Origin: Octopus sinensis
Taxonomy: Eukaryota
Direction of reading: 5' to 3'
Assembly (NCBI RefSeq): GCF_006345805.1
Contig: NC_043000.1
Span: forward strand, 164,772,236 to 164,836,235
DNA length: 64,000 bases
This document shows, one piece after another, positions 11,094-24,999 of the stretch; the stretch's first letter is position 1; each line of letters opens with the position of its first letter. The notes below the pieces were generated by a model that saw only the letters and a program-made list of their open reading frames with translations, had not been told where the DNA came from and did no database searches. A program made the translations under genes and the position numbers.

Positions 11094-14000
11094 CAGTAGT
11101 TTTATTTTTATAGCGTGCTTTCACTTCACTACCGAGCGCAGCTCTGTGTGCCTTGGGTATGTGCTGTGATTTGTTGTGATGCTCTGATGGTTATTGTATG
11201 GAAAGTGTTCTGCGTAGGATGTGTGCAGTGCCTAGTAGTGCAATTTTCTGTATGTTATATGTGTTTGTAAGTCCTGGTGTTTTTGTTATATATTAGTCTG
11301 AATATTTTTTTATCATGCCTAATGCACCTACTATGATAGGAATTGTTTCTGTTTTTAGATTCCACATTCTGGTTACCTCCATTTCCAGGTCTTTGTATTT
11401 TGAAAGTTTCTCCATTTCTTTTAGAGACACGTTGTCATCTGCCGGTATAGATACATCAATTAGAAAGCATTTTTTTTCTTCATGATCTCTGACAACTATA
11501 TCTGGTCTGTTGGCCTTAATTTCTCTATCTGTGTGTATCGGCATATCCAAAGTATGGTTGCTTTTCGTTTTCTGTGACCCTTTCTGGTGTGTGCCTATAC
11601 CATCTTTTTTCTGTTGTTATTCCATAATGTTGGCATAGCTTCCAGTGTATGTAGGTTCCAACTCTGTCATGTCTGTGAATATATTCTTCTTAGCCAGGAC
11701 TGGGCAGCCAGAGATAATATGATTTATTGTTTCTTGTCCATCTCCACATATTCTGCAGTTACTTGTAATATTTCTTTTCATTACATGTTTTTGGTAATTT
11801 CTGGTGGGGAGGCTTTGGTCTTGTGCTGCAATTAAAAATCCCTCTGTCTCTGCTTTGAGTCCTGAGCTTCTCAACCATTGCTGGTATTTTTCTTTGTCTA
11901 TTTCTTTTGCGTTTAGTTCAGTATTTACCATGAAGGGGCTTTTCTTGCCATCGTTTTATCATGGTTCGTTGCTGTTCTATTTTTAGTTTGGATTTCATTT
12001 GTTTTATAGCTTTTGTTGTTTCTTCATCTTCTTCTTCTTGTTCTTCATATTTATTAGGTGGTATGATTTCTTGTTTGTATTTGTCAGCTTCCTTAAATAC
12101 TGAGAACAGTTTTTTGTTTTGCTCGTGTTTTCCCGCTATTTGTATCAGTTTTCCTTCCTTCTGAAGTAGATATTTTTGCAGTCCTATGGTGGTTATTTTA
12201 TAGTAGTTTTCCAGCTGTATAAGGCCTCTACCACCTTCTATACGTTGTATATATAGTCTTTCTATGTCTATGTTGTTATGATGACACCTAGACCTGTCAT
12301 TATTTTTCTTGTTTTCCTATCTATTTTGGTCAGTTCATTTAGTGTCCAGTTAAGGATATTGTAGCTGTAACTTATAACTGGGACAGCTAAAGTGTTAATA
12401 CCAATTATTGTTTTTAGCATTGAGCTCTGTTTTTAGTATTGATCTAACTCGTCTATAATATTCTTTTTTTTTTTCTCTTTCATTTGTGTGTGTGTTGTGT
12501 CTTATCTAGTTCATGGATTCCTAAGTATTTGCAGTTTGGCTTTGGTCTAATTCTTTTATTTCATTTTTTTTATCTAGTGCGATGTTGCTACTCTTAACTA
12601 GTTTTCCTCTTTTCATGGTTACTTTGCGCATTTTTCTAATCCAAATTTCATATCTATTTCTTTGGTAAATCCATGAACTGTCTTTAATAGTGTTTCCAGC
12701 TGTTTGTCATTTGCAGCGTATAGTTTTAGGTCATCCATATATAAAAGGTGGCTGATCGTTTTGCCGTAACTTTTATATCCGCATCCAGTTCTATTTAGTA
12801 TATCAGATAGAGGTGACAGTGCTAAGCAGAAAAGGAGTGGAGAGAGTGTGTCTCCCTGGAATATTCCTCTTCTAATGGGGATGTCTTTGGTTTTCATGAG
12901 TCCCTCTTTTGTTTGGAGGTGTAGGACTGTTTGCCATTTATTCATAGAGTGCTCTATGAATTTTATGATTGTTGGTGCTACTTTGTTAATGGCTAGTGTT
13001 TCGAGGATCCATGTGTGGGGGATGCTATGAAACGCCTTTTTGTAGTCAATCCAGGCCATACTGAGGCCTTTTTCTTTCTGTGGCTGTCTTCAGTAATGGC
13101 TTTATTAATCATTAGTTGATCTTTACAGCCATATGAGCCTTTGCGGCATCCTTTCTGCTCTTCTGGGAACAGTTTGTTTTCGTCCAGGTGCTTGTTCAAC
13201 CTTTGCGATATCACTGCAGTAAATGCCTTGAACATTGTAGGGAGGCAGATTATTGGTCTGTAGTTTTCTGGTTTTGCTGTCTCATTTGATTTGGGAATTA
13301 AGATGGTTTTCCCCTTCGTGAGCCATTCAGGTATTGTCTCTGGCTCTGCTAGTATGTTGTTAAAGTTTTCAGCCAGCTTTTTGTGCATTCCTGTTAGATA
13401 TTTCAACCAGAAGTTGGGGATCTTGTCATGCCCAGGTGCCTTCCAGTTGCTTAGTTTTTGCAGTGCCTGGGTGACCTCTTCAGTTGTTATGGGGGTCCAA
13501 AGTTGTTCAGATGCCGAGTTTGTTATTTTGATACTCCTTTTTTTTGGTTGTTCGTTCGCCGACCATATTTCTCTCCAGAATTCTTCCAATTCTTCTGCCG
13601 TTGGTGCTGCAGTGACTTCTATTTTATTTTTGCCAAGTTCTTGGTAGAACTTTTTGGGGTTGGAGTTGAACTTTTTGTTTTGTTCAAAGAAGCGCTGGCG
13701 TTTCTTGTACCGGCGGATCCTTTGTGCTTTGGCAAGGATATCTTGCTTCAGCTTTTCTTTTATCTCCGGCAAATCTTTCTCTGTGATGTTATATTTGCGG
13801 AGTATTTTAGTTTTTTTTTGTTGCTCAGTAGCGTTGATTGTTTGCTGATTTCATTAAGAATCGACAGATCTTTTCTTGTTTTTTGTATTTTGTTTTGGAT
13901 GTTATTTATCCACAGGGTTTGTTTGGGTGGTGGTACTCCTGTTTGGACGGGTTTGAATGAGTATCCAGCTTCTTTTGTGGCTACAGTGGCTGCTGCGTAT

Positions 14001-14120
14001 GTTAAGTCATTTAGCTTAGTGATATCGCTTTTCGTTTCAGTGGCTATTAGTTCCGTGACGGCTAGGTTTATGCTGTTTATAATTGGTGTTGTTGTTTCGT
14101 CTATTTTGATTCTTGGGAGG
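11094..14120 (-). mobile_element. Dong/R4-clade family B with RT and RLE domains, frameshifted
   Basis: WKAPGHD, NYRPI, WIDYKKAF, GIFQGDTLSP, HLLYMDDLKLY, ANRPDIVV; (ATT)n flanks. Confidence 0.92.
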
Positions 14121-14124
14121 TATA

Positions 14125-14208
<84 letters not shown>

Positions 14209-14209
<1 letters not shown>

Positions 14210-14612
14210 TATGTTTGACTTTTGCTTTATGTCTGTACAAGTTGGCTCCAAGTCTCACCCAGAGACCTCAAGAGACAACAGGTTGGAAGTTCTGTGCCAT
14301 ATATTTGTTTTTTTTTTGTTTTTTTTTTGGTGTTGTACTAGTGAATGTCTAATACATAAAAACAAAAAATTTAAAAAAGAAGTTTGTTTTAAACCTTGGG
14401 ATTACATAGAGAGTATTTTGCGTAGGATATGAGCAGTTCCCATGAGCACTATTTTTTGAATTTCTGCCATTTTGGGGTTTCCTGGTATCTGAGTTAGGTA
14501 GCAATCAGTCCCTTTCGCTATCATTCCCAGGGCACCTATGACAATAGGTATTGTTTTAGTCTTCAGCTTCCACATTTTGCTGATTTCTATTTCAAGATCT
14601 TTATATTTGCTC
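14209..14612 (-). mobile_element. Dong/R4 family A 3' end
   Basis: Near-identical to 8246-8645; (ATT)n flanks. Confidence 0.88.
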
Positions 14613-14653
<41 letters not shown>

Positions 14654-14719
14654 TATATATATATATATATATATATACATGCTCTCATCCACCCACTCAT
14701 ACATACATTTATCTACATA

Positions 14720-17085
14720 ACAGCCCACTAACTATTCTACTCTATCTGTGTAAACTGTGAGTATAGGGGTATGATATCTACTATGCATATTCCCTATTTA
14801 GTGTTGGGGAAGTTTCATTTATGAGGTCATACTCCCGTATTTGTCTGAATATTGGGTCTTTTGGGTGCTTGGATAAGATGCGGATGTCAAGTTGACCCAA
14901 GTTGCATCCATGTTGGTCTTTGGCATGTTGGTAGAGTATGGAGGACTGTTTTTGTTGTCATACTGTCTCAAATGTTCATTTAGTCTTTCTGCAATGTTCC
15001 TAGATGTTTCCCCTATATATGTCATGTTCATGTCTTTACAAGCACCTTCTATGCATTTTATGCTGTAGACTACATTTCGAGTTCTACAGCTAATGCCAGG
15101 GCTAATCCTACATACCATGCAGTTACCATTGGTGCATGTGGTATTCTCAAAGGGGTACATCCTACATAGTTGTGACCTGATGGACTTCCCTGGCTTTTCA
15201 ACAATCTTAATGTTGAGTTTGGTCTCCTTCAGAGCTTTCCTAAACCTACGGGCTACTTCCCCATGGCCTGTGGCCTCTACAAACATCACTCCTTGATATT
15301 TGTCGCTTTTATACCACATGTTCACCCTGTTTGCCTTGTCACAATTTCTTTATATCCTATTCCATTCTTTGTTTCTATATCTAGGCCAGGTACCACTGGT
15401 ATCATTACATATAATGTTATCTAATTTCTTTCTAGCCCCCCCCCCCGTATACTGGATCCCTATCTTTCTGATCATATCCAGAAAACTGCATGCGGTGCAT
15501 GAAGTTCTGTATATGGTTTTACGTTTCATAGGGTTCACATAGTGGGGACACATTGTTCATTTTTCTAACTAAGTCTGCTATCAGTATATTAATTTTCATG
15601 TTGTTTGACAAAGCTGAGATTTTGTGAATAACATATTTTGAAGCTATGGGTTTCATGTAATAGGAGTGGAGGAGCTGCAGTCTATTATTCACAGTCTTTA
15701 ACCAAAGTTCAGTATCAAGTACAGGGAGTCTATTGTTAGGGTGCTTTGTGGGGTAATCTATAGTTACCTTGATACTTTGGTTGGATGGAGTTAGCTATTT
15801 GCTGGATGCTCTCCATTACGTTCTTCTCAGTCTCTACATTACCGTCACTAGAGTTGGTCCTAACTATTATATTAATGTCATCTTCATATCTACTGTAGAG
15901 TAGAAGAATTGTGGACTGTTCTGCTAATATTTGCTTAAGTTTTCTGTCCCACCATGTCATGAAGAGGCCAGCCACATCTCCAGCTACACCGACACCGATG
16001 GCTGCACCTTAAACCTGCTTGTATAGTTTTTTGTTAAACTTTACTATGTGGTTCTTCAAGGTGGTTTTTACACCAGGCCCCTATTGCATGTGCAATCATT
16101 TCTTTCACCTGATTGTTGTTCTCAGGGTTTTGGGTGGGTGCGGTTCAGCCACTCTAGTGCTTTGTGGTGCTTTTCTTCACTGCTGAAGTGATAGTGGGTG
16201 GTCTTCCCCTCTGTGACCTGGTGGGGCAGAATCTACTAAGGACATGGTCATCTAAATAGTTACTGTCATAGCTTAGTCTGAGGAGGAGGCCCAGTTCCCT
16301 CGTGTTGACTTTACATAACTCCACTTCACTCTCACAGATTACCTGAATGCATTTCCACACAGAAAATCTATGTCTACAGATGGGTAGAGTGAAATCACAT
16401 CCATGCTACCCATTACACAACCTGTGAGATCATTGTAGTGGTTGCAAGTACTGATTTTACTGAGGAGATCTTCCGTGCTCACACAGACATAAGGAGACAT
16501 CTCTATGAGAGGTCGTAATACTTGTGATAGGAAGTAGGACAGTCTATAGTTGCTGGAGATGTTCGCTCTGCAAACTGGTTTGGTTGGGGGCCCTGCGACA
16601 GGGTTTGTGGTTTTTGCATAACCTGTATAGTGTGCCGTCCTTTTCATTGGAGTATTGCCCCACATTCCCATGTGCATTGAGGAGTTTTTCTACTCTTTCC
16701 TGTTCCTGTGGTGCAACTTCTCTGATGCTACTAATGTGTTGTTCAATGGTCTGGAGATAGTTCTGTGAGCTGTCTATTGACAGTCTGCCAAACTTGTCAG
16801 TAAGGAGGCACACTAGTTCTCTGTTCCTAATTCACTGTTTCAGTTTTTGTAGGCCTTTGTCAACAGATGGACTGAGTTGGTGGGTCCCCTCCTCACTATG
16901 TTTTTTTAGTGGACTTGTTGTATCAGTCTAAGATATGTCGGAGTCTATTTCTAGTTATGGAGATCTTTGCTTCTGTTTCACTGTCAATTTGGGGTGGGAT
17001 ACCTACCCTTTTTTTAAGGGTAAGTCTGTGGGGTAGATACTCGTCTTGTCATAAGTTTTGTTGTTAGGGTTATAGAAGACAGAGT
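14720..17085 (-). mobile_element. Degenerate Penelope-like element (RT + GIY-YIG)
   Basis: SMDVISLYPSVD, YSRYEDDI and CRTRNVVYSIKC..YIGETSR....R..EH in broken ORFs. Confidence 0.85.
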
Positions 17086-17649
17086 GTTTTATATATATGT
17101 GTATATATATATAGACTTTAGTGTGAGGCACAGCACACTGCATCATTCATTCAAACCCACATATTCCCTAAAATAATTCTTTCTTGTTTGTTCTAATCCT
17201 GCCATGACTAACCTTGTTTCTTGGCTACATACATGCATATACTTATCCTGTACTTTTCTCTAAAATGATTTGTTATAACCCTCAAAATGACCTCTCATGT
17301 TGGTGATTGCGCCCACCTTTTCCCACTCCTGCCGCCAATACTGGAAATCTCTCTCTCTCTGTTTCTCTTTCCCTTTCTCTCACCAGAAATCTTTTGCTTA
17401 CTGGATATCCAATTGCCCTCCTCCTCTATTGGTAATCTTACTGCCCTCTCCTCTCTCTCCACCTATCCTTGGACTAACTAAACCAGAGAGTAGCCCACTT
17501 TTCTTTTTTTTTCTTCTGCAGCATCAGTAATGCTTCTCCCACTACGCTCATAATGCTTATATTAATAAGCCCCCACTCCAGTAGAGGTAACAACCTTAAT
17601 AACTCTAACATTTCTGAATGACGGTAGGTTAAAAGCAAGAAACAAGTAT

Positions 17650-20600
17650 TATGACACCTGTTGCCAAACATTCACGGGGTCCTTCATTTCAGGTGCTGAA
17701 TAACATCTCTCCTTCCTCTGTTACCTCCCATATCGCTTTCCCAGTTTTCAGACTTGGCATTCTAAATGTAGGCACATTGAAAGGTAGGTCAAGTGAGATT
17801 GTAGAGATGCTTCAATGGAGACGTGTTGATGTATGTTGCATACAAGAGGTAAGGTGGAGAGGAGCTTCAGCCAGAGTTCTCACAGGCAAAGCACATAGGT
17901 ATAAACCCTTCTGGGAAGGTAATAGCGATGGAATAGGGGGTGTGGACATACTTCTTGCAGAGAAATGGGTGGAAGTTCCGTAATCGCTGGGTCGAATGTA
18001 GGACATGTCTCATCTCTGTCTGCCTCCAATGTGCCACGGACTTTCAGAAGATCCCAGGCCAAAAAAAGAGCCATCATAATGCTATGATGGATAGACTCTG
18101 GAAGATGGTTCAGCTTAAATCTTGGACTTTTCAGTGTCAGGCCTGCGTGCCTCCACAACCGACGATTGTGTCTCCCCCTGCCACTCCCGTGGAGGAAGCG
18201 GAACAGCAACAGCAGCAACAACAAAATCAACCACAACTAGAGCAGCAGCAGCAGCAACAACAAAATCAACCACAACCAGAGCAGCAGCAACAACAACAAC
18301 AGCAGCAACAACAAAATCAACCACAACCAGAGCAGCAGCAACAACAACAACACCAATTGACCAGTGCGGTTCTTGCAGAACTGCAACAATCGATCTGTGC
18401 TTTAAGAGGGGAAGTAGCAGGAATAAAAGCAACCATTCAGGTTGGACTCCACAATGAGGGGTCTTATCGGAATGCTCTGCTAAAGAACCTCCCTGTACCT
18501 GTACCTCTTGTCGCATTTAAGACCGCGGATTCTGCTACCCATGAAGTCATTGCCATTGGGGTGCCAGAAGACATGGCTGATCTTCAGGCATTTGCTGCCA
18601 ACTCAGCCAAAGACCTAGGCTGCGTTCCCCCAACGGGTGCTATCCGCCTTGGACGACCTGGCCCAAAACCTAGGCTCATCAAGCTATCTTTTTCGGACCA
18701 CATGAGGCAACCTCTTACCATCTGGCCTCAGTTAAAGCTGGGCGTGAAAATAGGACCACCTTCCGAACACGCCCAGGCTTACCGTCCGATGTACGTCCGA
18801 AGCTACGTGTAGCGGCTTCCCTGAATAGGAACTCAGCTCTACAGGAAAGCTTCAGTCTTCGGGAAGATGGGCAAATCTGGAGATTTGTCAAGACTGCTGA
18901 AACGTGGAAGAGAGATACCAGCTGGTCTGAGTGCTCTCTACCCACAATAACTAAAAAGACTACAGCAACTCAGGGAAACTAAGCCAGAACAACCTGCCAT
19001 CCTCTACACACCATCATAAACTGCGAGCAGGGTACAAATTGTTGTCCTTAAATGCTCGCAGTTTATGCAACAAAATACATTTGTTCAACGCCTACGTCAG
19101 AAGCATTGACCCTGACTTCATCACTGTCACGGAAACATGGGCGCATTCCTTACTCTGTGATGGGGTTTTCAACATTACGGGGTACAACCTCTTCCGTAAG
19201 GAACGCACTAACCGCCGTGGTGGTGGTGTGATGGTCTACGTTCGTTCAAATTTTTTGGTAATTCCTTGTGCCGATTTGAACGAATCACAAGAAGAAGTTT
19301 TTTTCTGTGACGTACGTATGACCATGCCAACACTCCTGCTTGGCGTTGTTTATCGTCCCCCAAGTTACCATCAGGACACACAGCTTTGCGATATCCTCCG
19401 AGCTGCTGCCAGGAAAACAGCCACTTATGTGTTTATTGCAGGCGATTTCAATCATCCTGAGATCGATTGGGAAACCTTCCATTGGCCACAGAGTGCAAAC
19501 GATTTTGTTGAGCTTGTGCTGGACTCAAACTGGTCACAAGTAGTCACCTCTCCAACAAGAGGCGACAACACCTTGGACCTGCTCTTCACCACAACTCCTG
19601 AAGCGGTTATCAATTGCACTACGGAGGAACCTCTAGGTGACTCTGATCATGCTATGATCATCGCCAATCTGGCTCTTGCGGGCAACAAAAACCTGAACCA
19701 TCTCCAATCTGCTTCCTTCGATTGGAAGAGAGCAGATTGGAACCTGTACCACACTGAACTACAGCACCCAAACTGGCGTGAATTCTACAACTCTGGAGAT
19801 GTGAATACTATACTCCAGAGTATCCTGGACTCAATATGGGCAGCATGTGCAGCATCAGTCCCACGTAAACAAAAAAGAAGAACCGCCCCAAAAGGGCAAT
19901 TTGGGAAACTTCAGCGGTCCGACTTGCCAGGAAGGAACGTCGGACTGCTGAACGGAATACAAGTTGCATAAATCAGACACCAACAGGAAGAAGCGGAATA
20001 AATCCTCCAACCATCTCAAGCAAGTGACAAAAAAAGCAGTGCTTGAATTTGAACAGTGCATAGCAGCCAATCCTGACAGCAAGGTTTTCTGGAAATATGT
20101 GCATTCAAAGCAGAGACCTCACTCTCCAGTGGGCCCTCTTCGCAACCCTCACACAAACCAGATCACCGACGACCCCAAGGAATGCGCAGAACTCATTGCC
20201 GAGTGCTATGCAAACATATTCACTGTTGAAAGTCAAAATGTACCATCTTCACCATCACTAACAGCAAACTCCATAACAACTATGGAATTTACACCTGCAA
20301 TGCTGCAACGTCACCTTCAAAATAAGCGCAACTATGTCTCCCCTGGTCTCGATGGAGTTACATACCTGCTTCTCAAACGTGGCAGGCACTTCCTTTTACA
20401 CCAGCTTTCTATTTTCTTCCAGTACTCTCTCAACAATGGTGCTACTCCGGAGCAGTGGAAAACTGCCAGTGTCATTCCTCTGTTCAAAAAGGGCGACCGC
20501 ACATCACCTGTCAACTATCGCCCAGTCAGTCTCACTAGCTGTATTGCAAAACTGATGGAATCGTGTGTCAGAGAAACACTCTGGAACTTCTGGAGCTCTC

Positions 20601-23600
20601 ACAGTCTCATCCGACCCTCACAATATGGATTTGTCCCTAACTCCAGCTGCAGTGACCAGCTTGTCGAGTTCCTTGAGGACATTACTCAGATCACTGACAG
20701 TGGCTCATGGGTGGATGTTGTCTACCTTGACTTTGCTAAGGCTTTCAACTCTGTGCCACACAAAAGGCTTATGGTGAAACTCTCTGCAATGGGTGTGGGG
20801 GATGAACTTTTTAACTGGTTGAAATCCTTCATCCTCAGCCGAAAGGAGGTAGTCACAGTTCTAGGACAGCACTCTACACCATATGAGATGTCATCGGGTG
20901 TACCACAGGGATCTGTCCTTGGTCCCCTCTTGTTTGTGGCATACATTAATGACATAGATGCCAATTTAAAGAATGCCACAGTATTGAAATATGCAGACGA
21001 CATCAAGCTGTACCTTGAAATCAAGAGGACTGATCCTGATGTCTACAACTCTTTCCTGCAATCAGACCTAGACACAATGCAGCAATGGATCACAGACTGG
21101 CAACTGAAACTGGCTGTGGACAAGTGTACCACCATGCATTTTGGGAGAAAAAACCCTGCGTCCACATACTCCCTCCACAACACTGATATCAAGAAATCCT
21201 CTTGCGAGCGTGACCTAGGCATCACTGTCAGCAGTGATTTGCGTTGGACAAAGCATATCTCTAAAATTGTCAAGAAGGCCGAGGGTGTCTTGGCATCACT
21301 CAGCAAGACTTTTGTTAGCCGCTCTCCAGCCATCTATTTAAAACTGTATACAGCTATGGTACGACCACACTTGGAATTCGCATCATCAGTTTGGAACCCC
21401 TATCTTGCTCAGAACATTGACCTCCTGGAATCTGTCCAGAGACGTGCAACCAAACGCATACCCTCCATCAGACACCTACCATATTCTGAGCACCTTGTTT
21501 CCCTGGGCATGGATTCACTGAAGCTCCGGCGACTGGCGACGGACTTGGTAAACACCCACAAAGTTATCAACCACCTCACCAACAACAACACTGAACACCT
21601 TTTTGATCTCCATGTGTCCAACACACGTGGACATGCCTACAAAGTCAGAAAACAACACAGCTCCCATGACTTTCGGAAACATTTTTTCACGCTCAGAGTT
21701 GCTGAAGCATGGAACAAACTGCCTGCGTCAGTTGTTGACTGCCATGACACTGCATCCTTTAAGGCCCTCATGCTTTCCGAAATCCGCCGAAACTACACCT
21801 GATTATATATACACTTTAGATGAGTTGTAGTGCACCTGAGCACTGTACGCAATTATTATTATTATTATTATTATTATAAGGTTTTAGAGCTAGTGAGGAT
21901 GTGCGATAGAGTACTTAAACTCAGGCTAGTCTTGCAGAATGGTACAGCTTCAATTATCTGTGCCTACACCCCACAAGCGGGCCTACCAAATGAACAGAGG
22001 GATATTCTTCTGCGGGCTACCTCAAAGACAATTGACAATGATCTCATCTTTGTGGATGGAGATTTTAATGGGCATATCTGACAGCAACCTGATATCTTCC
22101 ATGGTGTACATGGGGGCCATGTAGTTGCTACCAGAAATGAAGAGGAAACTAGGCTCCTGGAGTTCTGCATTGCAAATAACCTATTGATCTGCTACACCAA
22201 CTTCAGGAAGCCAACTAGCCACCTGATAACCTATCAATCAGGTGACTTCGCTAGCCAGATTGATTTCATTCTTACCAGACAGTGGGATGCATGGTTGCTT
22301 TTAAATAGAATGACCCTCCCTGATGAAGAATGTACTCCCCCCCCAACATAGACTAGTTATAAGTGACATTAGATTTGAGGCCAGAAGGATACCAAAAACC
22401 AGACCAATCTGGAAAAGAAGGACTTGGAAGCTTAGGAGCCCTTCACATGGTCAGGGATTTAGGGATATCTTTACTGAGAAATTTGATGATAGAGAGGAGG
22501 AGCTACAGTCCTGTGACATAGAAGGCACTTGGGAATTCCAGCAAGACAGCTTGCTGAGTGTCACAGACCAAATCTGTGGATGGTGAAAAGTCCCTTCCAA
22601 AGCTAGGGTAACATGGTGGTGGAACAATACTGTAGACAGGGCTATTAGAGCAAAGAAACAGGCCTGGAAGAGTGGAGGTAGCAGGAGAATGTATCAGATA
22701 GCCAAAAGGAAGTTAAGAGACAGGTATATATAGCCAAGGGAGTAGCAGAAAAGAAGTTTGCCAATGTTCAGTGACACGAGGACCAGAGAACTAAAGTATT
22801 TCGGATTGCAAGACAGTGTGTGAGAGAAAACCGTGCTGTCATTGGAGAGAAATGTGTCCACGTGGATGTTGGTGCCCTTGCGTTTCATGGTTCTGCAAAG
22901 AAAGAGGCTTGGAGACTGCTGAATGTGGAGAATGAATGGGAGGAGGAGAGTCTGCCAAAGGTTGACCCAGTTGAGGGACTAGCTATTCAAATCGACAGTA
23001 TCCTGGTAGATGAAGCAATCAAGGATATGAAGGCAGGGAAAGCACCTGGCCCTTTTGGGAATCATTGCTGGGATGCTTAAAATATCTGGCTGTGTGGGTT
23101 ATGATCTTCCCACCCGTATCATAAATCAGGTAGTTCATGAAGGTGTCATACCCAATGACTGGTGTAGTAGCACCATAGTCTACTACTACAAGGGGAAAGG
23201 TGATGCTTTAGATAGAAATAATTACAGACGTATCAAGTTATTGGATCAGGTGATGAAAGTTACAGAGAGGGTCAAATGCCAACTAATTGGGGATAGAGTT
23301 AGCCTAGATGAGATGGAGGAGAAATTTCTAGCAAAGCTAAACTTTTGTACTTGGCTTTTGTTGACTTGGAGAAAGTCTTTGATAGCATCTCCCGACCTCT
23401 TATCTGGGAATAGATGAGTGGCTCGTAAGAGCTGTACAAGCTCTGTACAGGGACGCTGTCAGTAAGGTGAGGATTGGTAATGAGTAGAAGTAGGGGTTCA
23501 CCAAGGATCAGTCCTCAGCCCCCTCTTATTCATTATAGTCCTCCAGGCAATAACAGAGGAATTCAAGACAGGCTGCCCCTGGGAGCTCCTCTATGCTGAT

Positions 23601-24935
23601 GACCTTACTCAGGTAGATGGCCTTGCTCGATCTGTAGAAAAGGCGTGGGTAGCAACTCCATACAATGTACTTAGTGTAAGCTATGGACACATAGGAGGTG
23701 CAGCAATATCAAGGGAAGGCTAGCTAGGAAGACAGTTTTTGTGTTTGTCAGATGCACTGGGGCAATAAACACTGAAGATGTACAGAAAACAGATTCCATC
23801 ACATGCCAGGGAGAGAAAAAAGTCTGTAGTGGGGGTGGTTGCTCTGTGAGTGTATTGACTAGAGTAATAATAGCCTGGACAAAGTTCAGGGAGCTTCTAC
23901 TTCTGCTGGCAACAAAGAGCCTCTCACTCAGGGTGAAAGGTAGACTGTATGATGCATGTGTGTGAACTGCCATGCTACATGGCAGTGAAACATGGGCCAT
24001 GAATGCTGAGGACATGCGTAGGCTTCAAAGAAATGAAGCCAGAATGATCCACTGGATGTGTAATGTCAGTGTGCATACAGAACAGAGTGTAAATGCCCTG
24101 AGAGAAAAGTTGGGCATAAGAAACATCAAATGTGGTTGGCAAGAGAGGCGACTGTGCTGGTTTGGCCATGTGTTACATATGAATGAAGACAGCTGTGTGA
24201 GGAAGTGCCACTCCCTAACTGTAGAAGGAACCTGTGGAAGAGGTAGACCCTGGAAGACATGGGATGAGGTGGTGAAGCATGACCATCAAACATTGGACTT
24301 CACAGAGGCAATGACAGAAGACCGGGAAGTTTGGAGATATGATGTGATTGAGAAGACTCGGCAACTAAAGTGAGATCGCAGCCACACACGTCCAGCCCTG
24401 TTAAGAATACCCCTGATGCATTGGGCAATATGATATGCTTGAGAATACCTGTTGAGCCAAGCAAAACCAATATCGTAGCTGGGGCTGGTGGCTCCTGCGC
24501 TGATGGCATGTAAAAAGCACCATCCAAACATGGTCGATGCCAGGTCTGCCTGATTGGCTCCTGTGCCAGTGGTATATAAAAGGCACCGACCGATCGTGAC
24601 CGATGTCAGTACCCCCTGACTGGCTCCTGTGCCAGTGGCACATAATAAGCACCATCCGAATGTGTTTGTTGCCAGGCCAGCCTTACTGGATCCGGTATCG
24701 GTGGCATGTAAAAAGCACCAACCTACTGTTACTGACGCCAGTACCCCCCTTACTGGCTCCTGTGCTGGTGGCATGTAAAAAGCACCCACTACACTCTCGG
24801 AGTGGTTGGCCTTAGGAAGGGCATCGAGCTGTAGAAACTCTGCCGGATCAGATTGGAGCCTGGTGCAGCTGCCGGCTCTCCAGACCCCAGTCAAACCCAT
24901 GCCAGCATGGAAAGCAGACGTTAATTGATGATGAC
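17650..24935 (+). mobile_element. Degenerate RTE-clade LINE (APE + RT + repeat-rich 3' UTR) interrupted by a CR1 element
   Basis: LNVGTLKGRS..VDVCCIQEVRW (before 17975) resumes at 21878 as KVLELVRMCDR..GDFNGH. Also KAPGP, HQGSVLSP, LYADD, HGSETW, RLCWFGHV and RGRGRP; ends in (GAT)n. Confidence 0.88.
17976..21877 (+). mobile_element. Near-complete CR1-clade LINE (5'-truncated ORF1 with Cys-rich and polyQ region; ORF2 APE-RT with one frameshift)
   Basis: LNARSL..TETW..GDFN..GDSDH (19039-19971); NYRPVSLTS, LDFAKAF, GVPQGSVLGP, YADD and TRGH..FF..RV..WNKLP (19964-21802); 3' stem-loop at ~21828-21848 and (ATT)n tail. Confidence 0.93.
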
Positions 24936-24999
24936 ATACATGTGTATATATATAGATGTGTATATTTCTATATATATATATATCATCATTATTTAACTC

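Noticed and set aside
13458-14432. 324-aa plus-strand ORF with a poly-Tyr run
   Set aside because: Antisense to the Dong ORF and running through (TAT)n.
24480-24800. CRISPR-like repeat-spacer appearance
   Set aside because: The spacers are homologous to each other, the context is a eukaryotic LINE 3' UTR, and no cas genes are present.
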